Positions 9,781 to 19,600 of a stretch of 64,000 bases of DNA are shown in pieces. The stretch spans positions 160,001 through 224,000 of the forward strand of contig JBCCHT010000014.1 in the NCBI GenBank assembly GCA_039028615.1, read 5' to 3'. The position numbers and the translations under genes were made by a program. The notes under the pieces were generated by a model. That model ran no database searches. It had not been told where the DNA came from and saw nothing but the letters and a program-made list of their open reading frames with translations. Numbering within the stretch: the first letter of the stretch is position 1; every line of letters starts with the position of its first letter. This DNA is from Myxococcota bacterium (lineage in GTDB: Bacteria > Myxococcota_A > Polyangia > Nannocystales > Nannocystaceae).

Positions 9781-11394
9781 TTAGAGCTGGCAGACGCCGG
9801 TCTCGAAGTCGACCGTGGCGGCGAAGCTGGAGTTTTGCCACATCGGCGCCCGGTAGGAGGCCTCGAACTGGCTCGCGGCCGCCTCGTCCTCGACCACGTA
9901 GCCGAAGTCCTGCAGCGTGGCGGGGTACAGGTTCTTGGAGCCGATGTAGAAGGCCTCGCCGTCGACGGAGACGACCTTGGCGTGGTTGGCGGGCGCGTGC
10001 CCGTTGTCCCAGGCGTCCACGCCGTCTTCGATGCGAATGGGGGCGAGCTGAAGGCTGCCGCAGACGAGGGTCTCGGCCTCGAAGGTGCTCACCCCAGCGC
10101 GCTCGGCCACCTTGCGCACCAAGATGTCGCTGACCTCGGTCAGGCTCCCGGCGTTCGAGTAGGGCATGTTGAGCGAGCCCTGCTTGGCGCCGGGCGAGGT
10201 CAGGATGATCTGCACCGCGACGCCGTCGATGAGCTTGTCGGCGAGCACGTCGAAGAGGCGGGCGTCGTACTTCGAGTTGGCGAAAGGCGGCGCACAGGGA
10301 GCGATGAGGTCCTGCTGCGACAGGAACACGCTGCGCTCGGCGCTGGCCACCAGCGCACGCAGGCCCTCTTCCTCGGGGTTGGCGACGGAGTAGCCGGTGT
10401 CATCGTTGACGTAGTCGTCGAACCAGCCCGAGCACGCGGCGTGGTCGTCGTCGGCCGCGGGCAGGCCCGGGCCGTAGCCGCCGGGCACGTCCATGCCGAA
10501 GCCCAGGCCGCCCAGCGCCATCACCTGCGCCGTGCCGACGGGCGCGACCTCGGTGGTGGAGTGCGTGCGGGGGCAAGCGCTGCCCATGGCGTCGCTGCGC
10601 GCGAGGTCGACGTAGAAGGTCGACTGCCACCACGAGTCGCCGTTGTCACAGGCGAAGCCCCACAGCTCGTCCGCGAACAGGTGGGCCGAGTCGGCGGCGG
10701 GACCCGCCAGGCGCATCGTCATGTCGTTGACCGGGTCGGTCACCTCGCCGTAGGAGGCGGTCCACAGGTTGTGCCCACCCACGATGGCGGTGCGAGAGTC
10801 GACGGCGATGATCTTGGAGTGGTTCCAGGAGTACAGCCAGCTGGTCTCCACGCCGGCCACGATGAAGCGCGCGTCGTTGCCCGCCGCACCGAGGTCGGCG
10901 ACCAGGCGGTCGTGGTAGTCGAACGCGCTCTCCGACACCGGGCTGGTGAAGTTGCCCAGGCCCGGCGGCGTGCCGCCCAGGATGCGGATGGTCAGATCGG
11001 GGTTCTCGTCCAGCGCGGTGAGCAGACCGTCGACGATGGCCTCTTGGAAGATGCCGTCCGGGTAGGTCACCAGCGTGGTGATGTCGACCCACTCCTGTGC
11101 GGACGCGATGTCCTCGTAGATGGTGTCGGCGAGGACCTGAGCGCCCAGGGGGTCACAGCCCGCGTCGCCCCAGCAGTCGGGGCTCTGGAGCAGCCACTCG
11201 TCACCCTCGACGCCGTAGCCGGAGATGTCGTTGCCGACGCTCCGACCCCAGACCGTGCCCTCCGAACCCGGAGCGAGATCGCGAAGGGCATCTTCGACGC
11301 GATCGATATGGGGCGTGGCCGCCTCGGCGGGAAGAGAGACGAGAACGCTGGCCGCAGTGGCGAGCACGAACGAAAACTGTCGCAGAGAAGTCAT
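9781..11394 (-). CDS. Secreted phospholipase D (two HKD motifs, Streptomyces-PLD-like)
   Basis: Signal peptide MTSLRQFSFVLATAASVLVSLPAEAA; WNHSKIIAVD...IVGGHN and NHAKVVSVD...YIGSKNLYPATLQDFG; WLLQSPDCWGD and SQQDL segments. Confidence 0.9.
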   Translation of the reverse strand: MTSLRQFSFVLATAASVLVSLPAEAATPHIDRVEDALRDLAPGSEGTVWGRSVGNDISGYGVEGDEWLLQSPDCWGDAGCDPLGAQVLADTIYEDIASAQEWVDITTLVTYPDGIFQEAIVDGLLTALDENPDLTIRILGGTPPGLGNFTSPVSESAFDYHDRLVADLGAAGNDARFIVAGVETSWLYSWNHSKIIAVDSRTAIVGGHNLWTASYGEVTDPVNDMTMRLAGPAADSAHLFADELWGFACDNGDSWWQSTFYVDLARSDAMGSACPRTHSTTEVAPVGTAQVMALGGLGFGMDVPGGYGPGLPAADDDHAACSGWFDDYVNDDTGYSVANPEEEGLRALVASAERSVFLSQQDLIAPCAPPFANSKYDARLFDVLADKLIDGVAVQIILTSPGAKQGSLNMPYSNAGSLTEVSDILVRKVAERAGVSTFEAETLVCGSLQLAPIRIEDGVDAWDNGHAPANHAKVVSVDGEAFYIGSKNLYPATLQDFGYVVEDEAAASQFEASYRAPMWQNSSFAATVDFETGVCQL

Positions 11395-11961
11395 GGCTCG
11401 TTTGCCGGTCAGATGACACGGGGATCCGAGGGCGGCAACGCAGTGCCAACCCGCTCCGATCGCGAGGTCCTCGATCGCGCCATCGAAGCTCGGGCCCGCT
11501 GTTGGGGCGGTCACCAAACGCGGCGGTCTCGAGTGTCCGAGCCCCCCGAAGACCGCCGCGACGGTCCTCGATTTCCGTGGCCACCCGCACCAAACCGGTG
11601 GACCCGGTGGCGGCCCTCACCAAATCGCGGCCGAGGGACGCAAAACGCCACAGTCGATCGAAGTCGAGACCACCCACACAGGCACACAATGTAGTCTTTT
11701 TGCATTTCAATATCTTGACGGCGCAACGCGTAGTGAGCGCCGAATGTTCTACCGTACGGGTGTACGGTTACCGGCGACCACGCGGGAGAAGCGCGGAGTT
11801 GTTGTCGGCCGACGGCGATGCCGCGTCGGTCCGCGCCATGGTGAAGCTTCGACCCCACCGGAGCCACCGCGCCGCGACCGACTCGCCCTTCCTTTACTTC
11901 GGCTTTGCGTTGGCTCGCGAGCCCAGTGACATCGCCCCGCTATGCTCTGAATCGAGGTTCG

Positions 11962-12441
11962 ATGATCAACGCTCGACGAATGCCACTGGCCCTGTTGTTG
12001 CTCGCTCTGCCCCTGGGATGCACGAACGCCGACGCTCACGACGGGCCCGGGCACGACGCCGAGGCTCCGCTCGTGGCTGCGCCCGCGAAGGCTCGCGGCC
12101 CCGGTGGACCGGGCGGCCCCGGCGGTGAGCGAGGTCGAGCGAAAGCCAAAGAGGCCTGCCAGGGCAAAGACGCGGGCGCGGCCTGCCAGATCACCACCCC
12201 CCGCGGGACCCACGACGGCACCTGCCGCGACAACCCGCACGGCGACCGGCTGTGTGTGACCCCGCAGATGGAGGAGCGCCGCAAGAAGCCCGCGGAGGCC
12301 TGCTCGGGCAAGAACGACGGGGACACCTGCACCATGAATTTCCGCGGTCGCGAGGTCGCCGGACAGTGCAAGGCGGGGCCCGACGGCGGCGCGCTCATGT
12401 GCCGTCCCGAACGCCGCGGCCGCCCGCAACCCCCGGCGTGA
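11962..12441 (+). CDS. Small lipoprotein with two Cys-rich repeats
   Basis: LLLLALPLGC lipobox; repeats EACQGKDAGAACQ...GTC...LC and EACSGKNDGDTCT...GQC...MC. Confidence 0.75.
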   Translation: MINARRMPLALLLLALPLGCTNADAHDGPGHDAEAPLVAAPAKARGPGGPGGPGGERGRAKAKEACQGKDAGAACQITTPRGTHDGTCRDNPHGDRLCVTPQMEERRKKPAEACSGKNDGDTCTMNFRGREVAGQCKAGPDGGALMCRPERRGRPQPPA

Positions 12442-12507
12442 GCCCGCCTCCCCTACCCCATCGCGGCCCGCCTGCCGTCGCCGCGCCGATGTGGTATGGG
12501 GCGGCCG

Positions 12508-13380
12508 ATGCTCCGATTGATCCTCACGCACCCCGGCGGCGCGCACAAAGACGACTTGTTGGCGGTCTGCGTCCTGATCGCCAAGTACGGCGCTCCCGTC
12601 GTGCGGCGGGTGCCCACCGACGAGGAGCTCGTGGATCCGGCGGTCGCCATCGTCGACATCGGCGGTGTGCACGACCCGGAGAAGATGGACTTCGACCACC
12701 ATCACTTCCCCCGGGAGCACGCGCCCACCTGCGCGCTGAGCCTGGTGCTGCAGCACCTGGGCATCTACGAAGATGCCCTCAAGTTCTGCGACTGGCTCGA
12801 GGTGGCCGAATGGTTCGACTCGCGCGGGCCCAAGAAGACGGCGGAGTGGCTCGGGGTGCCGCGCCGCGCCGTCTCCCAGCTCAACTCACCCATCGACGTC
12901 ACCCTGCTGCGCCGCTTCGCCGCGAACAGCGAGCTGAAGCCGGGGGACACGCTGTACGAGTACATGCGCTTCGTGGGTGAGGACCTGCTCGAGTACCTCC
13001 GCGTGGTCCGGGAGCGCCTCGACTTCACCGCCTCGGTCGTCCAGCGCTGGACCATCCAGCAGGGCGACGACACCATCGAGGCGGTGTTCCTGCCCCGCAC
13101 CGACCCCATCGTCGACGAGCCGAGCACCGCGGTGGCCAACTACATCCGCGCCGAGGGGCTCGAGGAGGTCGTGGCGGCCACCGTCTATCCCGATCGGCGG
13201 GGCAGCGGCTACGGCATCGGTCGCTACGAGGACCACCCCATGCTCGACTTCTCGCGGGTCGGCGAGGAGCCCGACGTGCACTTCGCCCACAACAGCGGCT
13301 TCGTGTGCAAGACCTCGGCGACCGAGCCCGAGCGGCTGCGCGAGCTCATCGCGGGCGCCTGGGGCCAAGCCAAGGGCTGA
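12508..13380 (+). CDS. MYG1-like (DHH-superfamily) metal-dependent hydrolase
   Basis: ILTHPGGAHKDDLLA, DIGGVHDPEKMDFDHHH and VHFAHNSGFV motifs. Confidence 0.75.
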   Translation: MLRLILTHPGGAHKDDLLAVCVLIAKYGAPVVRRVPTDEELVDPAVAIVDIGGVHDPEKMDFDHHHFPREHAPTCALSLVLQHLGIYEDALKFCDWLEVAEWFDSRGPKKTAEWLGVPRRAVSQLNSPIDVTLLRRFAANSELKPGDTLYEYMRFVGEDLLEYLRVVRERLDFTASVVQRWTIQQGDDTIEAVFLPRTDPIVDEPSTAVANYIRAEGLEEVVAATVYPDRRGSGYGIGRYEDHPMLDFSRVGEEPDVHFAHNSGFVCKTSATEPERLRELIAGAWGQAKG

Positions 13381-13384
13381 GCCG

Positions 13385-15214
13385 CTAGCGGTAGCCCGCG
13401 GCCTGAATCGAGAAGAGCTGGGCGTAGCGGCCCTCGTCGGCCATCAGCGCTTGGTGCCCTCCCCGCTCCACCACCCGCCCGTCGTCCATCACCACGATGA
13501 GATCGGCATCGCGGACAGTGGAGAAGCGGTGCGAGACCAGCACCAGGCTGCGCCCCTCGGAGCGCGCCCGCACCTGCTCGAAGAACGCCTGCTCCGCCTC
13601 GGGGTCCACGGCCGAGGTCGGCTCGTCGAGCACCAGGATGTCCGACTCGGCCCGCATGAACGCCCGCGACAGCGCCAGTTTCTGCCACTGGCCACCGCTG
13701 AGGTCCACGCCCCCCTCGAACCATCGGCCGACCTGAGTCTCGTACCCCTGCGGTAGCGCCTCGATGAACGGGGCCGCCATGCCTCGACGCGCCGCTCGTC
13801 GCCAGCCGAGCTCGTCTTCCGCCCGATCGATGTCCCCCAGCCCGATGTTGTCGCCCGCCCGCATCTGGTAGCGAATGAAGTCCTGGAACACGAGCGAGAT
13901 GCGGCGCCGCAGCGCACGTTCGTCCCAGCACTCGAGCGGCAGGCGATCGAGCAGAATCCGTCCTCGAGTGGGCGTGTACAGCCGCGTCAGCAGCTTGACC
14001 AAGGTGGTCTTGCCCGAGCCGTTACCGCCCACCAAGGCCAGCGAAGTGCCGGGTGGGAGGTGCAGGTCGACGTCGGTCAGGGCATCGACGTTCGCCCCGG
14101 GGTAGCGGAAACAAACGCCCTCGAAGCGAATGCCGTCGCCGGGCACCAGGCCCTCGGTGCGGCCTTCGGCGTCCTCTTGCACGGGGTGGTCGAGAAATCC
14201 GAACAGGTTGGACAGGTACAGGTTGTCCTCGTAGGTGCCGCCGAGCGTGCGCAGCAGGTTGGCCACCGCGTTCTGCCCCTGGCGGACCAACGCGACGTAC
14301 ATGGCCATCTCGCCCAGGGTCAGCTGACCGCGGGCGGTCGCCCAGGCAATGCTGCCGTAGATCCCGAAGAACACTAGCGACGACAACGTGCCGGTCACCC
14401 AACCCCACAGGCCTCGCGCCATGGCGAGCGCTCGATCTTCGGGATAGACCCGCTCGAAGACCCGGTCGTAGCGCCGCAGCAGGGTCTGGCCCAAGCCGAA
14501 GGCGCGGACCTCCTTGGCGTAGTCGTCTCGAGTCAGCAGCGTGCTCAGGTAGCTGCGCTCACGACCCTCGGGCGCTCGGAAGTTGGCCAACGCAAAGGCC
14601 CGCCCCGAGTACTTGGCCTCCACGAGCACGGCCGGCACAGCGGCCACGACCAGAGCAAGCACCGCCCACGGCGAGAACATCCACAGCAGCGCCCCCACCC
14701 CCGCCAGCGAGGCACCGCCCTGGGCGAGGCTCGCGACGCGGGACACGGTGGACAGCGGCCGGGACCCCGCCTCCCGCCGGGCTCGCACCAAACGATCGTA
14801 GAAGCGGGAGTCTTCGAAGGCCGACAGCGGAAGGCGACGCGCTCGATCGAGCAGCATGCGCTCCACCTGGTGGGCGAGCCGAACCCGCAGCAGCGCTCCG
14901 ACCACGTCGCCGACCCGAGCCCCCGCCAGCAAAGCCAGCGCCAGGGCCCCCTCGAGCGCGACCCACCCCCATAACGGATCGTAGCTGGGACCGGTGTCGG
15001 CCACCGCGGCCAGGGCCGCGGCGGTGTCGATGACCCCGCGACCGACCCACGCCATGACGGTGGGCAGCACCCCCGCCAAGACCATCAGCCCGACGGTGAC
15101 GGCGAAGAGGCTCCGCTCGAGCGACCACACCAGCGCCAAGGCGCGACCGGTGAAGCGAAAGCCGTGCAGGCCCTCCCTCAGGGCTCGGCCGGCGGCGACG
15201 AAGCGACCGGGCAT
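13385..15214 (-). CDS. ABC transporter, fused permease plus ATPase (peptide exporter, no C39 peptidase domain)
   Basis: N-terminal transmembrane domain; Walker A GGNGSGKTT, signature LSGGQWQKLALSRA, Walker B ILVLDEPT, H-loop SHR. Starts 3 bp after the LanM stop. Confidence 0.93.
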   Translation of the reverse strand: MPGRFVAAGRALREGLHGFRFTGRALALVWSLERSLFAVTVGLMVLAGVLPTVMAWVGRGVIDTAAALAAVADTGPSYDPLWGWVALEGALALALLAGARVGDVVGALLRVRLAHQVERMLLDRARRLPLSAFEDSRFYDRLVRARREAGSRPLSTVSRVASLAQGGASLAGVGALLWMFSPWAVLALVVAAVPAVLVEAKYSGRAFALANFRAPEGRERSYLSTLLTRDDYAKEVRAFGLGQTLLRRYDRVFERVYPEDRALAMARGLWGWVTGTLSSLVFFGIYGSIAWATARGQLTLGEMAMYVALVRQGQNAVANLLRTLGGTYEDNLYLSNLFGFLDHPVQEDAEGRTEGLVPGDGIRFEGVCFRYPGANVDALTDVDLHLPPGTSLALVGGNGSGKTTLVKLLTRLYTPTRGRILLDRLPLECWDERALRRRISLVFQDFIRYQMRAGDNIGLGDIDRAEDELGWRRAARRGMAAPFIEALPQGYETQVGRWFEGGVDLSGGQWQKLALSRAFMRAESDILVLDEPTSAVDPEAEQAFFEQVRARSEGRSLVLVSHRFSTVRDADLIVVMDDGRVVERGGHQALMADEGRYAQLFSIQAAGYR

Positions 15215-15217
15215 CGG

Positions 15218-18200
15218 CTACTCCCACAGCATGAAGGTGCCGATGGTCTCCGGGTCGTGCACCCGCAGCAGGTGAAACCCGACGCCCGCGAGTCCGTCGA
15301 AGAGGCCGACCTGGAGCGCTTCGCGGGGCAAGCCGATGAGGAGCGAGTAGCCGCCATGGGCCCGAGCCTGCTCGACGACCGCGGCGGTCCACGCCTGGAC
15401 CTCGTCACCGAGTTCGGTGCGACCGGTCGCGCGCCCCATGGTCAGCAGGGCCTCCAGGCGCCCGAAGACACCGCAGCAGACGTTGCCTTCACCGACCGCC
15501 CCGTGCATGCGAGTGGTGGCCACCGCGTGCTCGAGGTCCTCGCGGATCAAGGGCGAGCCCACGCTGTCGAGCATGGCCGCCCGCGACATGCCGATGCCCG
15601 GAGCGCCGTAGCACCAGCTCGAGACGGAGCGGAAGCGGCCGTGTTCGTCGGCTTCCCGCAGGTCGTACCAGTTGCGCACGCGAGGATCGAAGGCCGTGCG
15701 CTCGTAGGCGACCGCCGCCTCGACCACCTGCCGATAGCGCGGGTCGGGATCCAGCTCGGAGAGCCGGGCGAAGGCCAAGGCGAAGCCCGAGGCACCATGA
15801 GACAGGCCGGCCAGCGGCCGCTCTTCGCCCGGCATCCAGCGCGAGCCCTCCGCTCCCGGCTCGCCCAACAGTCGAGGCAACAGGTGCTCGGCACACGCAC
15901 GAGCGAGCTCCAGGGCTCGGGCCGACCCGGTGATGGCGTGCATCCGCAGCAGCCCCAGGATGGCGCCCGCGTTGCCCTTGGTCGCGTCGAGTTCTTCGTC
16001 GTCCGCGTACAGGGTGGCCAGCCGCTCCATGACCACCTCCGCTCGCGCCAGCAAGCTCGGGTCGTCGAGGTACTCGGCCGCCTTGGCCAGGGTGTAGATG
16101 ACCGAGCCGTCGCCCGTCAGCCCGCCCGTGCTCCAGGGCAAGATGCCCTCTTCGAAGCCGCCGTCGATCTCCGCGTAGACGTGGGCCAAGGTCGCGTGGC
16201 AGCACGTCTTCCAGCGCTCCTTGCCGGTCACGCGGTGCAGCGCGGCGAAGAACAGGCCCACGCCCAGGCTGCCGCCGTACAGCAGCGTCGAGCACGGGCC
16301 GAGTCGGAACGCATCGCTGCCGAACAGGTGCTCGAAGGAGATCCAGGTCATGCTGCCGTCGTCGGCCTTGATTGCCGCGCGGTCGAGCTGGTCGCCGATG
16401 CGCTCGGCCTCGGCCACGAAGTCGACGCTGGCGGGGTCGACCTCAAGCGGAGCCTCGGATGCCTGGTGGTCGTGCCCATGCGTCACCCGACCGTTGCGCG
16501 ACTGGATGGAGGCTTGGATGTAGCTCAGCTGGAGCGCCAGATCCTCCTCGCCGAGCGCCGCGAGTCGCTCCCGGACCCCGTCCAGGGGCGCTGCTCGCAA
16601 GAACTCGGACGAGACGAGCTCGCCGGTACCGGTCTGCAGCTCGGCTCGCTCGGTGGGCGCGTAGAAGGCCGGGATGTCGAGACGCGTGAGCGCGGCATGC
16701 TCGATGCGCACGCTGTCCCAGTACGGCGGGCGATCGTCGTGGTGCGGCGGTCGACCGAGCAAGTCGAAGTGAATGCCCCGGTCGACGCCGTCGCGCATGA
16801 GGTCGGGATGGCAGCCGTTCTCGAGCAGGTCGCTATAAAGCCGCGTCGGTCGCAGCACCACGCGTACCCGCTGACCCGCGAAGCCCTGCAGCGGACCCGC
16901 GGGCGCATCGATGCGAGCGCGGGCCTCCAGCAGGTAGCGATACATGCGCTCGAAGCCGCGGGCGAACGCGTCCTGGTGGTCCAAGACCGAGGCACTCTCA
17001 CCGTCGAGCTGCGGCGCGTGGCCCTGTCCACCGAGCGGCAGGCGCGTGGGCGCGAGGTCGAAGTCGTCGGTGTTGACCCCGTGCCAGCCCATGAACTCGC
17101 GATCGGTGACCTGGCCCTCCGCCGCGCCCGCCCCGGAGATGTCCATGCTCTTGCCGTCGATGCCCATCGTCCACTCGGGCAGCAGGCCCGGGCGCTGCAC
17201 CGAGTGCACGGTCTGCTCGCGCGCGAGCTGCTGGGCGCCCGTCCCCATGGGGCTGGGGCGCACGGCAAAGCGCGGGTGCATGACCGTCTCCGCGTCGATC
17301 AGGACCGGGTCGGCCCCGGCCGCGATCACGTTCTCGAAGTGACAGTCGGTGGCCTCGAAGGTGTGCAAGATGGCCAGCATCGCGCCCAGGCGCTCGTAGA
17401 AGGCGACGATCTCGGCTCGAGCGGCGCAGGGGGCCGCTTCGACGAATTCGACCCACCCGTAGTCCGGCCGCGAGCAGATGGACAGCGGTCGGTGCTGGTA
17501 GGGAGCGCCATCGGCCGCGAACCACCGCAGCAGGTCGAACCACGCCACCTCGATGCCGAGCGGGCGCGGCTTGTAGACGACCTTGGTGCCCTCCCCCATC
17601 GTCACGATGAGCACCGAGCGCCCGCCGTTGTGACGATCGGAGATGCCGCCATCGAGGCGAGCGACTCGGGTCTCGTCCCGACCGTCCGCGAAGGCCTCCG
17701 TGAGCGCGCTCCAGTCCGCGTCGAGCCGTTGCACGAACTCGGCGGTGGCCTCGACCCAGTGCAGCACCGCGGTGCCCATGGCGCGAGCCAAGGCGCTGTA
17801 CTCGAGGAAGAAGCTCTGCATGCCGTCGGCACACAGCCGGGCGATGAAGCGATCGTAGTGGCGACGGCTGGTCTCTCCGCGTGCCTGGCGAGCCATGCGT
17901 TCGAGCGGCGACTCGCTGCGCTGACACTCGAGCCGCAGCTCGAGCCGCAGGGATGCAGTGGACAGCCACCCCAGGCTCCGCAGCAGACGGAGGCGCAGGT
18001 CGGCCTTCACCGCGTCGTCGAGCCGCGCCAGCTCGGCGCCCGCGGCCGCCTGGAGGCGGTCGTAGCCCTCATCGACGAAGTGGGCCAAAAGCTCCTGAAA
18101 CGGGGCCGGCAGCCCCGACATGAAGTAGTCACGCTCCGTCGCCGGACCCCGGCCCGCGCGGCTGGCCACGGTCTCGATGAGGCTCGCCCACCCGGGCAGC

Positions 18201-18430
18201 GGCGCGTCGGGATCGGGCACGAGGTCGGCCAGGGCTCGCTCGGGGGCGGGCAGCTCATCGAAGGCACGACGAAGGTCGAGCCGCTGCCGCAGCGGGTCGA
18301 CGCGCTCCGTCCACCGCTCCACGCGTTCGGCGGTCGCGGGCGTATCCACGGCGAGCGAGGAACCGGAGCGCTCGTAGAGCGAGGCGGCACGAGCAACGAT
18401 GCGATGGGTAGCGAGTCGGGGAGCGAGCAT
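15218..18430 (-). CDS. lanM: Class II lanthipeptide synthetase LanM (dehydratase plus LanC-like cyclase)
   Basis: Dehydratase motifs SDRHNGGRSV, VVYKPR, YGWVEFV, TDCHFENVIA, LIDAET, RVVLRPTRLY, DIPAF. Cyclase motifs LYGGSLG, GLSHGASG, WCYGAPG, NVCCGVFG, GLFDGLAGVG. Confidence 0.95.
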   Translation of the reverse strand: MLAPRLATHRIVARAASLYERSGSSLAVDTPATAERVERWTERVDPLRQRLDLRRAFDELPAPERALADLVPDPDAPLPGWASLIETVASRAGRGPATERDYFMSGLPAPFQELLAHFVDEGYDRLQAAAGAELARLDDAVKADLRLRLLRSLGWLSTASLRLELRLECQRSESPLERMARQARGETSRRHYDRFIARLCADGMQSFFLEYSALARAMGTAVLHWVEATAEFVQRLDADWSALTEAFADGRDETRVARLDGGISDRHNGGRSVLIVTMGEGTKVVYKPRPLGIEVAWFDLLRWFAADGAPYQHRPLSICSRPDYGWVEFVEAAPCAARAEIVAFYERLGAMLAILHTFEATDCHFENVIAAGADPVLIDAETVMHPRFAVRPSPMGTGAQQLAREQTVHSVQRPGLLPEWTMGIDGKSMDISGAGAAEGQVTDREFMGWHGVNTDDFDLAPTRLPLGGQGHAPQLDGESASVLDHQDAFARGFERMYRYLLEARARIDAPAGPLQGFAGQRVRVVLRPTRLYSDLLENGCHPDLMRDGVDRGIHFDLLGRPPHHDDRPPYWDSVRIEHAALTRLDIPAFYAPTERAELQTGTGELVSSEFLRAAPLDGVRERLAALGEEDLALQLSYIQASIQSRNGRVTHGHDHQASEAPLEVDPASVDFVAEAERIGDQLDRAAIKADDGSMTWISFEHLFGSDAFRLGPCSTLLYGGSLGVGLFFAALHRVTGKERWKTCCHATLAHVYAEIDGGFEEGILPWSTGGLTGDGSVIYTLAKAAEYLDDPSLLARAEVVMERLATLYADDEELDATKGNAGAILGLLRMHAITGSARALELARACAEHLLPRLLGEPGAEGSRWMPGEERPLAGLSHGASGFALAFARLSELDPDPRYRQVVEAAVAYERTAFDPRVRNWYDLREADEHGRFRSVSSWCYGAPGIGMSRAAMLDSVGSPLIREDLEHAVATTRMHGAVGEGNVCCGVFGRLEALLTMGRATGRTELGDEVQAWTAAVVEQARAHGGYSLLIGLPREALQVGLFDGLAGVGFHLLRVHDPETIGTFMLWE

Positions 18431-18436
18431 GGCGAG

Positions 18437-19534
18437 CTAGACCGTGGGGGCGCGATGGGCCCAGTGAAGGTGAAAACCGAAGTAGGCCTTGACGAGCGGG
18501 GGGCGTCGCCCGTGCAGGACCAGCTTGAAGTGGTTGATGCGTCGCTCGAGCGACGGCTGGGGGAGACCGAATCGACCGAGTCCGCGGAATCGGCCGGGCC
18601 AGGTGGGCGCGCTCTCGTCCGTCCGACCGCAGAAGGCTCGCAGCGCGGCGGCCTCGTCGGCGGGGCACGTCCCGGTGGCGACGAAGTGTTCGAGCAAGGC
18701 CAGGCTGCGAGCGTCGGGGCCCTGGCCTTCGCCGCGCAGCGGGCTGGTCTCGAGCCCGAGTCGAGGCCCGACACCCGCGGCGATGTCGATGCTGAGCGCC
18801 ACGTCGTCGCTGCGCTCCATCAACGCGTGCAGGTGCGAGGCCACCGACGACGGCTCGCCGGGCCACCCGATGCGCTGGAGGTAGGCCAGGGCCGTCGCGG
18901 GCTCGAAGCCTCGGACGACCACCCGGGCCCCACGATCGGGGCGAGAGAGCATCGCGCCGACCTGCAGCACGTGCTGCCCGTCCTGGAGCGCACGAAAGCA
19001 CCGATCTAGCGTCCGCCGGGTAGTGGGGGGCAAGGCGCCGTCGGCCAGGCACTGCAGCCCCATCGTGGCGGATGCGGGCGCGCCCTGGCGAAAGTCGTGG
19101 GCGTCGGTCTGCCACCGCGCGAGCCCGAGGAACACCGAAGGCACGGCGGCGCGGTGGGGCTGCCTGCGACCGACGTCGAACTCGAGCCACAGCTCGTGGA
19201 TGCGATCGTAGCGGTGAGCCTCGACCTGCTGCGGGCTGTTGAGGTCACCGACCAGAGTCGCGACGCGGTCCCAGGCTCGACGCTCCGCGGAGGCCTCGGC
19301 GCGGTCGGGGACCGTCAGCTCCTCGGGCGTCGCCCGGATCGCGAAGTCGGCCCGTCCCCTCCCCTCGCCCAGCACCACCTCGAACCCGGCCGTCGACACG
19401 GCGGGCAGGCAGCAGGCGACCCGACGCATCGCCGCCCGACTCTCCTCGCTCACCAACCGGGTCGGGAGCGCGGGGTCGATCGCATCGAGCAGGTCGCACA
19501 ACGCGATGGCGGGTCGGGGCAAGGGGGCGTTCAC
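18437..19534 (-). CDS. Hypothetical RiPP maturase, putative ABBA-fold prenyltransferase
   Basis: 365 aa between the precursor and lanM, 6 bp from lanM. Alternating helix/beta-pair pattern with GFEVVLG-RADFAIR, LWLEFD, QVGAMLSR-ARVVVR, YLQRIGW, LSIDI-GPRLGLE, NHFKLV-VKAYFG. The terminal K...KxY resembles the diphosphate-binding end of ABBA barrels. The CDS itself is solid; the function is inferred. Confidence 0.6.
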   Translation of the reverse strand: MNAPLPRPAIALCDLLDAIDPALPTRLVSEESRAAMRRVACCLPAVSTAGFEVVLGEGRGRADFAIRATPEELTVPDRAEASAERRAWDRVATLVGDLNSPQQVEAHRYDRIHELWLEFDVGRRQPHRAAVPSVFLGLARWQTDAHDFRQGAPASATMGLQCLADGALPPTTRRTLDRCFRALQDGQHVLQVGAMLSRPDRGARVVVRGFEPATALAYLQRIGWPGEPSSVASHLHALMERSDDVALSIDIAAGVGPRLGLETSPLRGEGQGPDARSLALLEHFVATGTCPADEAAALRAFCGRTDESAPTWPGRFRGLGRFGLPQPSLERRINHFKLVLHGRRPPLVKAYFGFHLHWAHRAPTV

Positions 19535-19563
19535 GGGTCTTGGGGGGCAGGAAAAATCGAAGA

Positions 19564-19600
19564 GACCCGGGTCCCGCCAGCAAGGGCGAAGACCCGGGTC
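19564..19600 (-). terminator. Stem-loop between the precursor and maturase genes (partial terminator or mRNA stabiliser)
   Basis: Minus strand GACCCGGGTC-TT-CGCC-CTTGCT-GGCG-G-GACCCGGGTC, followed by TCTTCGATTTTT. Confidence 0.6.

Noticed and set aside
9835..11694. 619-aa plus-strand ORF
   Set aside because: Antisense shadow of the phospholipase D gene.
12508..13380. MYG1-like hydrolase as part of the RiPP cluster
   Set aside because: It is convergent with the operon, and the family has no link to RiPP maturation that I know of.
15164..19009. 1281-aa plus-strand ORF
   Set aside because: Antisense to lanM, which has all expected motifs. The translation has no recognisable domain.
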